Shown here: one piece after another, positions 47,271-56,180 of the stretch
Layout: each line of letters begins with the position of its first letter
Numbering within the stretch: the first letter of the stretch is position 1
Translations under genes and position numbers: made by a program
NCBI GenBank assembly: GCA_033581555.1
Contig: JAVQSZ010000003.1
Location: 1-64,000, forward strand
Origin: Nitrososphaerota archaeon
GTDB taxonomy: Archaea > Thermoproteota > Nitrososphaeria_A > Caldarchaeales > Calditenuaceae
Direction of reading: 5' to 3'
Length of the DNA: 64,000 bases
The notes under the pieces: model-generated
Seen by the model: only the letters and a program-made list of their open reading frames with translations
What the model was told of the DNA's origin: nothing
The model's database searches: none

Positions 47271-49934
47271 TCAGGCCGTAAGGCAGGCGGACCATCCGCA
47301 GTCCAAGCAGGTCGCGCATCCCTCCTGATGGGCTATCCTCTTTCCCCCGCAGCTCGGGCACCTCTCCGCGTGTAGCCCTCCGGTCGCCGACCTCTCTTCG
47401 ACCTCAGTCTCCGCCTCTTCGCCAACTGCCACCTTGAGGATGAGCTTGGGGGCTGCCTCCTCGTGGGCGGGAGCCGACTCGACGGCCACCTCGATGCCCA
47501 GCGCCCTCATCATCTCCAGCGTGTTGTTCTTCACCGGTGTGAAGTACTGCCTTGTCCTCTGGCTCGGGGTCACCAGGACCTGCGAGCTCTTCGACTGGTC
47601 CCTGTAGATCGTGATGCCCTTCAGGCCGAGCTTATAGGAGAAGAGGTACGCGTTCTTGACGTCCTCCGCCGTCACCCAGTTGGGCATGTTGATGGTCTTG
47701 CTGACCGAGGCGTCCACCCACAGCCCGACGTGGTACTGGGCCCTGACGTGGTCCCACCAGGGGATGTCGTAGGCCACGACGAAGACTTTCCTCGCCTCTT
47801 CGTCGAAGAGTTCCTCGAGTCCCTGGATCGACCCGCCGTTGTCCGAGACCGCCTTGAGGACGTCGTCCCTCTTCATCCCCTTCTCCTCGAGGTACCTCTC
47901 GAACTCGGGGTCGATGTAGTAGAACGTGCCCACCGTGACCCTCTTCTCGTAGACCAGGGCGAAGACCGGCTCTATGCCCGAGCTCGTGTCGACGAGCATC
48001 GAGATGCTTCCCGTGGGCGCGACGGAGAGGACGAAGCTGTTCCTCATCCCGTTCGCCCTGATGTGCCTGATCAGCGAGTCCCAGTCCATCGTCCAGAGCT
48101 CCCTGTGGTAGTACCCCTCTAAGGGCAGCTCGCCCTTCGGGTACCCGCTCTGCCAGTAGAGCGGGAACGGCCCCCTCTCCTTCGCCCTCCTCGCGCTCTC
48201 GAAGTACGCGTGCCACGCGATGAACTCCGAGACCCTTTGCATCAGCGCGAACCCCTCTTCGCTATGGTAGGGTATCCTCAGGGCGAGCAGCATGTCGGCG
48301 AGGCCCATGAACCCGAGCCCCACCCTCCTAGTCCTTCGGGCCATCTCGTCGATCTCCTTCAGGGGGTAGTTGTTCACGTCGATCACGTTGTCGAGGAACC
48401 TGTACGCGGTCCTCACCGTCTCCGCGAGTCCCTCCCAGTCTATCACCGCCTTCCCGTCGACCCTCTTGACGAAGGCGTAGAGGTTCACCGAGCCGAGGTT
48501 GCAGACCTCGTACTCGTAGAGCGGCTCCTCCGCGCACGGGTTGGTCGCCCTTATCTCCCCGAGGGCCTCCCTGAGTATGTTCCTCCTGTTGATGTTGTCG
48601 AGGAAGAGGACGCCAGGGTCCGCGGTCTTCCAAGCTGCCTCGGCGATCATGTTGAAGAGCTGACGCGGGTTCACCGTCGACCAGACCTTCCCGTCCCTCG
48701 GGTTGACGAGCGGGTAGGGCTCGTTCCTCTCGTAAAACTCCCAGAACTTGGGCTCGATCATCACGCTGATGTTGAAGTTCTCGAGGAACCCTGGCCTCTC
48801 CTTCGCCCTAATGAACTTCTCAACGTCTGGGTGCCAAGACTCAAGGATGCCCATGTTAGCGCCCCTCCTCTTCCCGCCCTGCTTAACGACGTCTGTCACG
48901 GTGTCGATGATCCGCATGAAGGTGACTGGACCTGAGGCCACCCCGGAGGTCGAGGCTACTATGTCGCCCTCAGGCCTGAGCTTGGAGTAGTTGATCCCGA
49001 TGCCCCCGCCGCTCTTGAAGATCATCGCGGCCTCGTACGCCGACCTCATGATCGACTCCATGTTGTCCTCGATCGGGAGGACGAAGCAAGCGGAGAGCTG
49101 CCCGAGCCTAGCGCCGGCGTTGAAGAGGGTGGGGCTGTTGGGCATGAACTTCTTCTCGGCCATCATCGAGTAGTAGGCGAGGTAGTCCCTCGCGTGGTCG
49201 TCGAACTCTCCCCTCCGGATCATCTCCACCACCTCCGAGAACCTGACCTTCATCGCGCCCTCCGAGTTCAGCCTGTCGTAGAGGGCCTTCATCCTCTCTA
49301 AGTGCCACCTGTTCCAGGTGAAGAGCAGCTGGCCGTCGGGGCCCCTGAGCCCCATCTTCCCCGACCACAGGTCCGGGTCGAAGCCCTCGGTGGGGTTGAC
49401 CTTCTGGGACCTGCTGACGTCGAAGACCTTCGGGTCGTAGAGGACGTCGGGGATCACTATCAGCGCAGCGACCCTCTGGAACATCTGCTTCGGGCCCTCG
49501 ATCAGCTTCCCGGTCTCTGGGTCCCTCAGCAGGTACCTCGCCGCCATCAGCCTTAGCGAGTTGACCGAGAAGGACTTGTCGACCTCGTCGAGGTAGTCCC
49601 TCTCCAGGATCCGCATCTTCTCCTTCCTTATCCGCTCCCTCTCCTTCCTGTACAGGATGTACGCCTTCGCGACCTCGTAAAGGTCGAACTTGACCAGCGA
49701 GAGCTCCACGAGGTCCTGGACGTCCTCGACGTGTGGGATCCTCGTCTCACCGAACTTCTCCGCGACGAGGTTCAGGACGTGCTCCGTCACTTTGTCGAGG
49801 AGCTGCTCGTCGAGCTTGTTGGTCGCGATCATCGCCTTCCTTATCGCGTTCCTTATCCTCTCCGGGTCGAATTCGACGACGCGGCCGTCACGCTTCACGA
49901 TCCTCTTGACCGGATACGAGTTCGCACCCGTCAT
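47271..49934 (-). CDS. nrdJ: adenosylcobalamin-dependent (class II) ribonucleotide reductase with ATP cone
   Basis: VKRDG ATP cone, PNSPTLFNAG, QLSACFV, TNPCAE, APTGSIS, C-terminal Cys cluster. Confidence 0.92.
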   Translation of the reverse strand: MTGANSYPVKRIVKRDGRVVEFDPERIRNAIRKAMIATNKLDEQLLDKVTEHVLNLVAEKFGETRIPHVEDVQDLVELSLVKFDLYEVAKAYILYRKERERIRKEKMRILERDYLDEVDKSFSVNSLRLMAARYLLRDPETGKLIEGPKQMFQRVAALIVIPDVLYDPKVFDVSRSQKVNPTEGFDPDLWSGKMGLRGPDGQLLFTWNRWHLERMKALYDRLNSEGAMKVRFSEVVEMIRRGEFDDHARDYLAYYSMMAEKKFMPNSPTLFNAGARLGQLSACFVLPIEDNMESIMRSAYEAAMIFKSGGGIGINYSKLRPEGDIVASTSGVASGPVTFMRIIDTVTDVVKQGGKRRGANMGILESWHPDVEKFIRAKERPGFLENFNISVMIEPKFWEFYERNEPYPLVNPRDGKVWSTVNPRQLFNMIAEAAWKTADPGVLFLDNINRRNILREALGEIRATNPCAEEPLYEYEVCNLGSVNLYAFVKRVDGKAVIDWEGLAETVRTAYRFLDNVIDVNNYPLKEIDEMARRTRRVGLGFMGLADMLLALRIPYHSEEGFALMQRVSEFIAWHAYFESARRAKERGPFPLYWQSGYPKGELPLEGYYHRELWTMDWDSLIRHIRANGMRNSFVLSVAPTGSISMLVDTSSGIEPVFALVYEKRVTVGTFYYIDPEFERYLEEKGMKRDDVLKAVSDNGGSIQGLEELFDEEARKVFVVAYDIPWWDHVRAQYHVGLWVDASVSKTINMPNWVTAEDVKNAYLFSYKLGLKGITIYRDQSKSSQVLVTPSQRTRQYFTPVKNNTLEMMRALGIEVAVESAPAHEEAAPKLILKVAVGEEAETEVEERSATGGLHAERCPSCGGKRIAHQEGCATCLDCGWSACLTA

Positions 49935-50146
49935 CCAAAACCACCCATACGCTTAGGCTGCAGATAATTCAATCGGCTCCACCGGCCCACTCATTCTATC
50001 CACCCAGTCATAAAAGCGTGATCCACTTCCGCCTGCATCGGATTTGAAAGGGCCGCCCTAGGCTCCACTCTTTGGCCATTAGCGGAGGCCGTGCCGCATC
50101 ACGTTTTTAAACAGGTAATACGCATAGTCACATTCAGCGCGAGAGC

Positions 50147-50698
50147 ATGTTTTATCTCGTCACGATCGAGGACGTCATAGGCATAGAGCCGAGGGAGTTC
50201 GGCGGCCCGTTGAAGGAGATCGCGATGGAGAAGCTGATCTCGATGTACGAGGGCGTCGTGGACGAGGAGCTGGGGTACGTGATCACGGTCACAGACGTGG
50301 AGGTCGACGAGGTCGGGTTCCTACTGCCAAGGGATCCGGCGTCATACCACAAGGTCAGGTGCACGCTGCTCACCTACATGCCGATGCTGCAGGAGGTCGT
50401 GGAGGGCGAGGTCGTGGACGTAACGGAGTTCGGGGCCTTCGTGAGGGTCGTGACGATAGACGCGCTGCTGCACCTCTCCCAGATCATGGACGACTACGTC
50501 TCCCTCGACAAGAAGAACATGACGTTGGTGGGGAGCAAGACCGGCCTCAAGCTCGGGGTAGGGGACAAGGTGAGGGCGAGGGTCGTCGCGGTCTCTATAA
50601 GCGGCGGGAAGGTCGGGCTCACGACACGCCAGCCCTACCTCGGGAACCTCGAGTGGATCGCGCAGCAGGTCGCACCGAAGCCCGCGGCCAAGAGGTAG
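50147..50698 (+). CDS. rpoE1: RNA polymerase subunit E' (Rpo7)
   Basis: P.LQEVVEGEV..VTEFGAFV....DALLH.SQIMDD, LT.RQPYLG.LEWI. Confidence 0.93.
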   Translation: MFYLVTIEDVIGIEPREFGGPLKEIAMEKLISMYEGVVDEELGYVITVTDVEVDEVGFLLPRDPASYHKVRCTLLTYMPMLQEVVEGEVVDVTEFGAFVRVVTIDALLHLSQIMDDYVSLDKKNMTLVGSKTGLKLGVGDKVRARVVAVSISGGKVGLTTRQPYLGNLEWIAQQVAPKPAAKR

Positions 50699-50893
50699 AT
50701 GAGCTTGCCGAGGGAGAGGGCGTGCAGGGTCTGCAAGGCGATAACCTCTGAGGATAAGTGCTGGAACTGCGGCTCCACCGACCTCTCCACCTCCTTCTCC
50801 GGCATGGTGGTGATGCTGGTCCCAGAGGAGTCAGAGATCGCGAGGGCGCTTGGTATCACGAAGCCTGGCAAGTATGCGGTCAGGGTGGAGTGA
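50699..50893 (+). CDS. spt4: transcription elongation factor Spt4 (RpoE'')
   Basis: ACRVC....C.NCGS..LS..FSG, SEIA..LGI.KPGKYA. Confidence 0.93.
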   Translation: MSLPRERACRVCKAITSEDKCWNCGSTDLSTSFSGMVVMLVPEESEIARALGITKPGKYAVRVE

Positions 50894-51446
50894 GCTCTTC
50901 CGGGGCGGCGCGCGGGCGCTGGTCCTGACGGAGGCCCAGAGGGAGATCCTGAGGAGGCCGATCGGCGATCTGATCCCCGGAAGCCCGGTGGAGACGAGGG
51001 AGGCGCTCCGCGGGTTGCTCGGGGAGGGCACGGCGCTCGTCGTGGCGGTGGGCGACGTGGTCTCCGCGGAGGTCAGCGCGATCATGCCGAAGAGGGTCGT
51101 CTACGTGACCGACGACAGGAGCAGGAGGACCCCGAGCACCAGGGTCGAGCTCCAGGTCGAGGAGGAGATCCGGTGCGCGAACCCAGCGGGCTCGGTCACG
51201 AGGGAGAGCTTCGAGGCGCTCGAGGCGGCGATCCTCAGGGCCGGTAGGGTGAGGGTGCTCGTGGAGGGAGAGGAGGACCTCCTAGCGCTCGTCGCGGTCT
51301 ACCTCGCTCCGACCGGGTCCCTGGTCCTCTACGGCCAACCTTCGGAGGGCTTGGTGGTGGTCGAGGTGAACGAGGAGAGGAAGAGGTTCGCGTACCTCAT
51401 CTTCTCCGGGGCTGTGCCGGTGCGCGAGGCGCCTCCTTCTGCTTGA
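50874..51446 (+). CDS. GTP-dependent dephospho-CoA kinase (DUF359)
   Basis: VGDVVS, NPAGSVT, VEGEEDLLAL, VLYGQP.EG; start uncertain. Confidence 0.85.
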   Translation: MRSGWSELFRGGARALVLTEAQREILRRPIGDLIPGSPVETREALRGLLGEGTALVVAVGDVVSAEVSAIMPKRVVYVTDDRSRRTPSTRVELQVEEEIRCANPAGSVTRESFEALEAAILRAGRVRVLVEGEEDLLALVAVYLAPTGSLVLYGQPSEGLVVVEVNEERKRFAYLIFSGAVPVREAPPSA

Positions 51447-51606
51447 AGATCGTGTGGTGGCACCTGCCGCAGTAGTACCGGTCGCCGTGGTCGGCCATCA
51501 GGTAGCCGGTCCCGCAGACGGGGCAGTAGATCGTCCTCCTGACCAGCTTGCCTTCCTTAGCGACCTCGTAGAGCTTGTAGAGCGGCCTGACGCCGCCTCG
51601 TGCCAT
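51397..51606 (-). CDS. rps27ae: 30S ribosomal protein S27ae
   Basis: YEV...KLVR....CP.CG.G.LMADHGDR.YCGRC. Confidence 0.9.
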   Translation of the reverse strand: MARGGVRPLYKLYEVAKEGKLVRRTIYCPVCGTGYLMADHGDRYYCGRCHHTIFKQKEAPRAPAQPRRR

Positions 51607-51642
51607 GCCCGTCCTCATCAGGCTGGCTCTAATAAACCCGAG

Positions 51643-52887
51643 TTAGACGTACTCGCGGCCGATGAGCCTCCTCGCGATGATCAGCCTCATCATGTTCTCG
51701 GTCCCCTCGGCCCCGAGGACGTAGCTGAGGGCTCCGAGCCAGGCCCTGACGATCGGCGTCTCCTTGTAGTAGGCCGCTCCGCCGAACCACTTCATCACCT
51801 CGTGGCCTATCTCGACGGCCAGTGCGGCGCACTTCAGCTTCGACATCGCGCCGTAGAGCGCCACGTCTCCTAGGTCGACGCTCCCGTCCCTCTCGACGTA
51901 GTACTTGTCGGCGACCCAGGCGGCCTTGTAGCAGAGGAGCCTCGCGGCCTCGAGCTCTTTAGCGAGGTCCGCGAACCTGAAGCTGATGGCCTGGTAGCTG
52001 GCTATCGGCTTGCCGAAGACCACCCTCTGCTTGATCCACTCCCTCCCGGCGTCGAGCATCCACCTGGCGGACCCGACCGTGATCGCACCGATCATGGACC
52101 TGGCGAGGTTGAAGCCCTCCATCGCGATCCTGAACCCTCCGTTGACGTCGCCGATCCTGAAGGCGTCGGGGACTCGGGTCCCGTTGAAGGTCACGACCGA
52201 CGTGTCGAGCCCCTTCCTCCCGATCTCGGTCCAAGGCCTGAAGCTTATGCTTCCGTCCCTGACCCCCTTTCTCTTCATCAGGACGAGGAAGTCGGTGATC
52301 GTGTTGTGCTTCGCCCTCGGGTCGCCGGTCCTAGCGATCGTGAACCACCCACCTCCCCACGGCAGGGACTCGATGACTCCCGGGAGCGAGACCATGCTCT
52401 TCTCGCCCGTCACGACCCACTCGTCGCCTTCCCTCACCGCCAGGAGCCTGACGTCGGAGACGTCGCTGCCGCCGTGCGCCTCGGTGCTCGCGATCCCTAT
52501 CGCCGCCCTTCCCCTCGCGACCTCTGGGAGCACCTCGGACCTCGCCTCGTCGGACCCGTAGAGCTGAAAGACGTAGGGCCATGAGGACTGGATGATGAAG
52601 AGGACCGCGAGCGACAGAGCCGGTGCGTGGTAGGCCAGCTCCTCGCCCGCGATCGCGGCCTCGGTGAAGGTCCCTCCCTGCCCGGAGTACTCCTCCGAGA
52701 GGGTGAGGGCGTAGATCCCGTTCTCAGCCATCCTGCGGACCAGATCGGGGTCGATGACACCGCTCTCGTCGATCTCGATCCAGACCGGCTCGACGTAGCG
52801 CTTGCAGAACTCCCTCACCGACTCCCTGAAGACCCTGTGGTCGGGAGACTCCGAGAAGTCCACGGCAGCAGAGCTTAACCCAATCAC
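51643..52887 (-). CDS. acyl-CoA dehydrogenase
   Basis: TEAHGGSD, GEK, R.VFGKPI..YQ.ISF..AD, GG..Y, EGT. Confidence 0.9.
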   Translation of the reverse strand: MIGLSSAAVDFSESPDHRVFRESVREFCKRYVEPVWIEIDESGVIDPDLVRRMAENGIYALTLSEEYSGQGGTFTEAAIAGEELAYHAPALSLAVLFIIQSSWPYVFQLYGSDEARSEVLPEVARGRAAIGIASTEAHGGSDVSDVRLLAVREGDEWVVTGEKSMVSLPGVIESLPWGGGWFTIARTGDPRAKHNTITDFLVLMKRKGVRDGSISFRPWTEIGRKGLDTSVVTFNGTRVPDAFRIGDVNGGFRIAMEGFNLARSMIGAITVGSARWMLDAGREWIKQRVVFGKPIASYQAISFRFADLAKELEAARLLCYKAAWVADKYYVERDGSVDLGDVALYGAMSKLKCAALAVEIGHEVMKWFGGAAYYKETPIVRAWLGALSYVLGAEGTENMMRLIIARRLIGREYV

Positions 52888-52930
52888 ATAAACGTGTGAC
52901 CTGGACTCTCAAATAGGCCTCCGGACCTGT

Positions 52931-53851
52931 GTGATGGGCTTGATGATGAGGTTGACCTTCGTCGGGACCGGAGGAGGCATGCCGACCCCCGAGAGGGCGC
53001 TTCCCTCGCTGGCTGTGAGGTTCGCGGGGAGCCTCCTGATTTTCGACTGCGGCGAGGGGACGCAGAGGCAGCTCCTGAGGGCGGGCCTCGGGTTCCCGGA
53101 GAGCACGCACGTCTTCGTCACGCACCTCCACGCGGACCACTACCTCGGCCTCGCGGGCCTGATCGCGACGATGGACCTCCTGAGGAGGGAGGCGCCGCTC
53201 TTCGTCTATGGCCCCGAAGGGATCGGAGAGTCCCTGGAGATGATCCTGAAGGGCGCGAGGCTGAACCCGGGATTCGACGTGGTCGTGAAGGAGGTGGGCG
53301 AGGGCGAGGTGATGAGCGCGAGGGACTTCGTCGTCGAGGCGATATGGTCGAGGCACACGGTCCCCTCGCTCTCTTACAGGATCAGGGAGCGTGACAGGCC
53401 CGGGAAGGTGAACGTCGAGCTCCTCGAGTCGATAGGGCTCCCGAGGGGCCCGCTCTGGGGCGAGCTTCAAAGGGGGAGGGCGGTCCTGCACGGCGGGAGA
53501 ACGATCAGGCCCGAGGAGGCCGTCGGCCCTCCGAGGAAGGGGAGGGTGGTGGTCTACTCCGGTGACTCGGCGCCCTTCGAAGGGATGGTCGAGTTCGCGC
53601 GGGGGGCCGACGTCCTGATCCACGAGAGCACCTACGACAGCAGCCTCAAGTCTAGAGCCGAGGAGGACCTCCACTCGACCGCAGCCGATGCTGCGACGAT
53701 CGCGCTGAGGGCAGGCGCGAAGCTGCTAGTCCTCTACCACCTCAGCTCGAGGTACAGGGGGAGGTGGAACCTGCTCCTGGAGGAGGCGAGGTCGATCTTC
53801 CCGAACGTCATCTTACCAGAGGACCTCCAGTCGGTCGAGGTGAAGCACTAG
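52931..53851 (+). CDS. rnz: ribonuclease Z
   Basis: GTGG.MPT.ER, DCGEGTQ, THLHADH, exosite arm, YSGD, HESTY, H.SSRY. Confidence 0.93.
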   Translation: MMGLMMRLTFVGTGGGMPTPERALPSLAVRFAGSLLIFDCGEGTQRQLLRAGLGFPESTHVFVTHLHADHYLGLAGLIATMDLLRREAPLFVYGPEGIGESLEMILKGARLNPGFDVVVKEVGEGEVMSARDFVVEAIWSRHTVPSLSYRIRERDRPGKVNVELLESIGLPRGPLWGELQRGRAVLHGGRTIRPEEAVGPPRKGRVVVYSGDSAPFEGMVEFARGADVLIHESTYDSSLKSRAEEDLHSTAADAATIALRAGAKLLVLYHLSSRYRGRWNLLLEEARSIFPNVILPEDLQSVEVKH

Positions 53852-54318
53852 AGCTGCCTCGGGCCGCCAGGCTGAAGCGTGAAGGCCTTCGGCGGCCAGA
53901 CCGAGAGGTCGATGTAACCCTTCAACACCGAGAGCAGGTCGTAGGTCCTCAGAGTCCTCGGCGGTGATCCGTCCGCCTCCCTCACGACTGACCAGTCCTG
54001 CTTGACGATCAGGTGGGAGTCGTCGGGGTCAGCCGCGTCGACTGATATCCTGGATCCTGGGGAGGCCCTGACCGCGATCGCGTCCGGAGGCAGCGATCCC
54101 ACGCCCTGCCTCGCGACGACCAGCCACCGCTCACCTGAGTTCGGGGGGATTGAGCCGAGGATCCCGTCAGTCGACGAAATCGGGCCCATCGGCCTCTCGC
54201 CTGCGAGCACGGCGCCGCATGCCCTGCACCTCCAGGCCTCGAGGACTTTCAGGAGCTCCTCGCCGACGAGGACGTTGCACGCTCCGATGTAAAGGTAGTC
54301 GTGGGTCTCGCAGCCCAT
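53848..54318 (-). CDS. hypothetical Zn-finger protein
   Basis: ATG 54318 just after the MBL stop; CxxH...CxxC; 3' part of track ORF 53848-55299. Confidence 0.6.
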   Translation of the reverse strand: MGCETHDYLYIGACNVLVGEELLKVLEAWRCRACGAVLAGERPMGPISSTDGILGSIPPNSGERWLVVARQGVGSLPPDAIAVRASPGSRISVDAADPDDSHLIVKQDWSVVREADGSPPRTLRTYDLLSVLKGYIDLSVWPPKAFTLQPGGPRQL

Positions 54319-54320
54319 CC

Positions 54321-54998
54321 TCAACCCTCCGGCTCCAGGATCTCGACCCTCACGCCCGCGAGGGACTTGAACCTCTCCGCGTCCCTCGAGGTCCCGACGA
54401 TCTCTCCGAAGTGCATCGGGATCGCGAGCTTGGGCATGATCGCCTTCGCGGCCTCGGCGGCCTCCTCCGCGGTCATGACGTAGGTCCCGCTCACAGGGAG
54501 GAGCGCGACGTCGACGCCCTTCAGCTGAGCGAGCTCGGGGACGTTGTCCGTGTCTCCCGCGTGGTAGACCCTCACGCCAGCGAGTTCGATCACGTAGCCC
54601 ACGCCCCCGTACTCCCTCGGGTGGAAGGGGACCCCAGGCGCCCTGAACTTGTTGACGTTGTAGGCGGGCACGGCCCGATACCTGACGCCGGCCTGCTCGC
54701 CAAAGCTCCCAGGCTCGACGAACTCCTTGACCCTGCACTTGAGGTCCCTGAGTGCCCCAGAGCAGTTCTTCGCCGCGACGATTGCGGTCCTCTCCCTGTC
54801 GACGAAGGGCTCGAGGTCCTTCAGCGAGCAGTGGTCGAAGTGGTCGTGGGTGACGAATGCGACGTCGGCCTTCACCTGCCTCTTCGGTCTGACGTTGTAC
54901 GGGTCGATGACGACCGTCTTTCCGGCGCCGGTGAGGAGGAAGCCGTCGTGGCGCAGCCACGTGACCGTGAGCTCCCCGAAGGTGACGCTGGACGGCAC
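54321..54998 (-). CDS. MBL-fold metallo-hydrolase
   Basis: THDHFDH, YHAGDT, LLPVSGTYVM, IPMH. Confidence 0.9.
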   Translation of the reverse strand: MPSSVTFGELTVTWLRHDGFLLTGAGKTVVIDPYNVRPKRQVKADVAFVTHDHFDHCSLKDLEPFVDRERTAIVAAKNCSGALRDLKCRVKEFVEPGSFGEQAGVRYRAVPAYNVNKFRAPGVPFHPREYGGVGYVIELAGVRVYHAGDTDNVPELAQLKGVDVALLPVSGTYVMTAEEAAEAAKAIMPKLAIPMHFGEIVGTSRDAERFKSLAGVRVEILEPEG

Positions 54999-55028
54999 AC
55001 AGATTTTCCTTGAGCCCCAGATAAGAAC

Positions 55029-55310
55029 TTAGCCGCGAAATTGGACCCAACCGAGCCTTGCGAGCCGACTCTGCAACGTCTCCTCGAGCCTCTTTATCCG
55101 CCTGAAGCCGTCGTCGGACCCGAAGAGGAGCTCGTTGAACCCAACGAGGAACCTCACGACCCTCACCCTGGGCTCGGCCCTCGCGACCCTCCTCAGGGCG
55201 CAGGAGACGTTCGAGCAGAGGGCCTCCGCGACCCCGCTCAGGACGACGAGCTCGACGTTGTCGGGTGAGAGGACGTTGCCGCAGGCGCAGACGGGCCACC
55301 CGTCGCTCAT
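55029..55310 (-). CDS. small Cys-containing hypothetical protein
   Basis: WPVCACG...CSNVSC; ATG 55310 with an AT-rich box at about 55330-55340. Confidence 0.55.
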   Translation of the reverse strand: MSDGWPVCACGNVLSPDNVELVVLSGVAEALCSNVSCALRRVARAEPRVRVVRFLVGFNELLFGSDDGFRRIKRLEETLQSRLARLGWVQFRG

Positions 55311-55346
55311 CGGCCGGCCGCGATGACGGTTTAATTTATAGGTGCC

Positions 55347-56102
55347 ATGTTCGCGGTAGCGTTGCTGGTCGACGTCCATGCCCACCTCACGGACCCGAGG
55401 CTGATCGCAAGGCTGGGGACGGTGCTGGCTTCCGCGGCCGCCGCGGGGGTCTGGAGGGTCGTGACCTGCGGGGTCGGGCCCGAGGACTCCGAGAGGGCCC
55501 TTGAGATCGTCGACGGGCGCGTCAGGGCGTCGCTGGGCGTCGCGCCCTACGACCTCAGGGGGTACGAGCAGGTGATCCGGCTGATCGAGCGGAAAGCCGG
55601 CGAGGTCGACGCGGTCGGCGAGGTCGGTCTGGACCTCTACAGGGGCTCAAAGGAGACGTTGGGGGAGCAAACGAGGGTCTTCAGGGAGTTCATCCGGCTC
55701 GCCAAGGAGCTCGACAAGCCGGTCGTGGTCCATAGCAGGAACGCCGGTAAGCTCGCGATCGAGGTGCTCCTCCATGAGGGCGCGGAGAGGGTCGTGATGC
55801 ACGCCTACGACGGCGACGTCTCGGCCGCGAGGAGGGCCGCGGAGAGGGGCTTCAAGTTCTCGATACCTCCGAGGATCGCCGAGTCGGAACAGAAGAGGTC
55901 GCTGGTTCGGAGGCTTCCGCTCGAGGCCTTGCTCCTGGAGACCGACTCGCCCTGGCTCGGGCCCTCGAAGGGCTCGCTCAACGAGCCGAAGAACGCCTGG
56001 ATCTCGGTCGAGTGGATCGCGAGGGTCAAGTCGGTCCCGCCGCAAAGGGTCGTCGAGGCCACTTATCGGAACGCGCTGGAGACCTTCGGCTGGACGGACT
56101 GA
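55347..56102 (+). CDS. tatD: TatD family DNase
   Basis: DVHAH, VGEVGLD, VVHSR, MHAY, LETDSP. Confidence 0.9.
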   Translation: MFAVALLVDVHAHLTDPRLIARLGTVLASAAAAGVWRVVTCGVGPEDSERALEIVDGRVRASLGVAPYDLRGYEQVIRLIERKAGEVDAVGEVGLDLYRGSKETLGEQTRVFREFIRLAKELDKPVVVHSRNAGKLAIEVLLHEGAERVVMHAYDGDVSAARRAAERGFKFSIPPRIAESEQKRSLVRRLPLEALLLETDSPWLGPSKGSLNEPKNAWISVEWIARVKSVPPQRVVEATYRNALETFGWTD

Positions 56103-56180
56103 CCGATCTAAGCCTTCGCCGCGAGCCGCGCTCAGTTCTGGGTGGCAAATCTTATCTATTGGATAGATCGACCAGACCTG

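Noticed and set aside
20228-49934. Inteins in rtcB, cdc48, radA or nrdJ
   Set aside because: Protein lengths are normal, motifs are contiguous, and there are no C...HN splice junctions or LAGLIDADG blocks.
49935-50146. Cobalamin riboswitch upstream of nrdJ (also checked before the ABC binding protein)
   Set aside because: No B12-box consensus; the region is explained by divergent TATA promoters.
54319-55299. 5' part of the 483-aa ORF 53848-55299
   Set aside because: Arg/Gly-rich off-frame read-through over the MBL gene; only the part from ATG 54318 looks coding.
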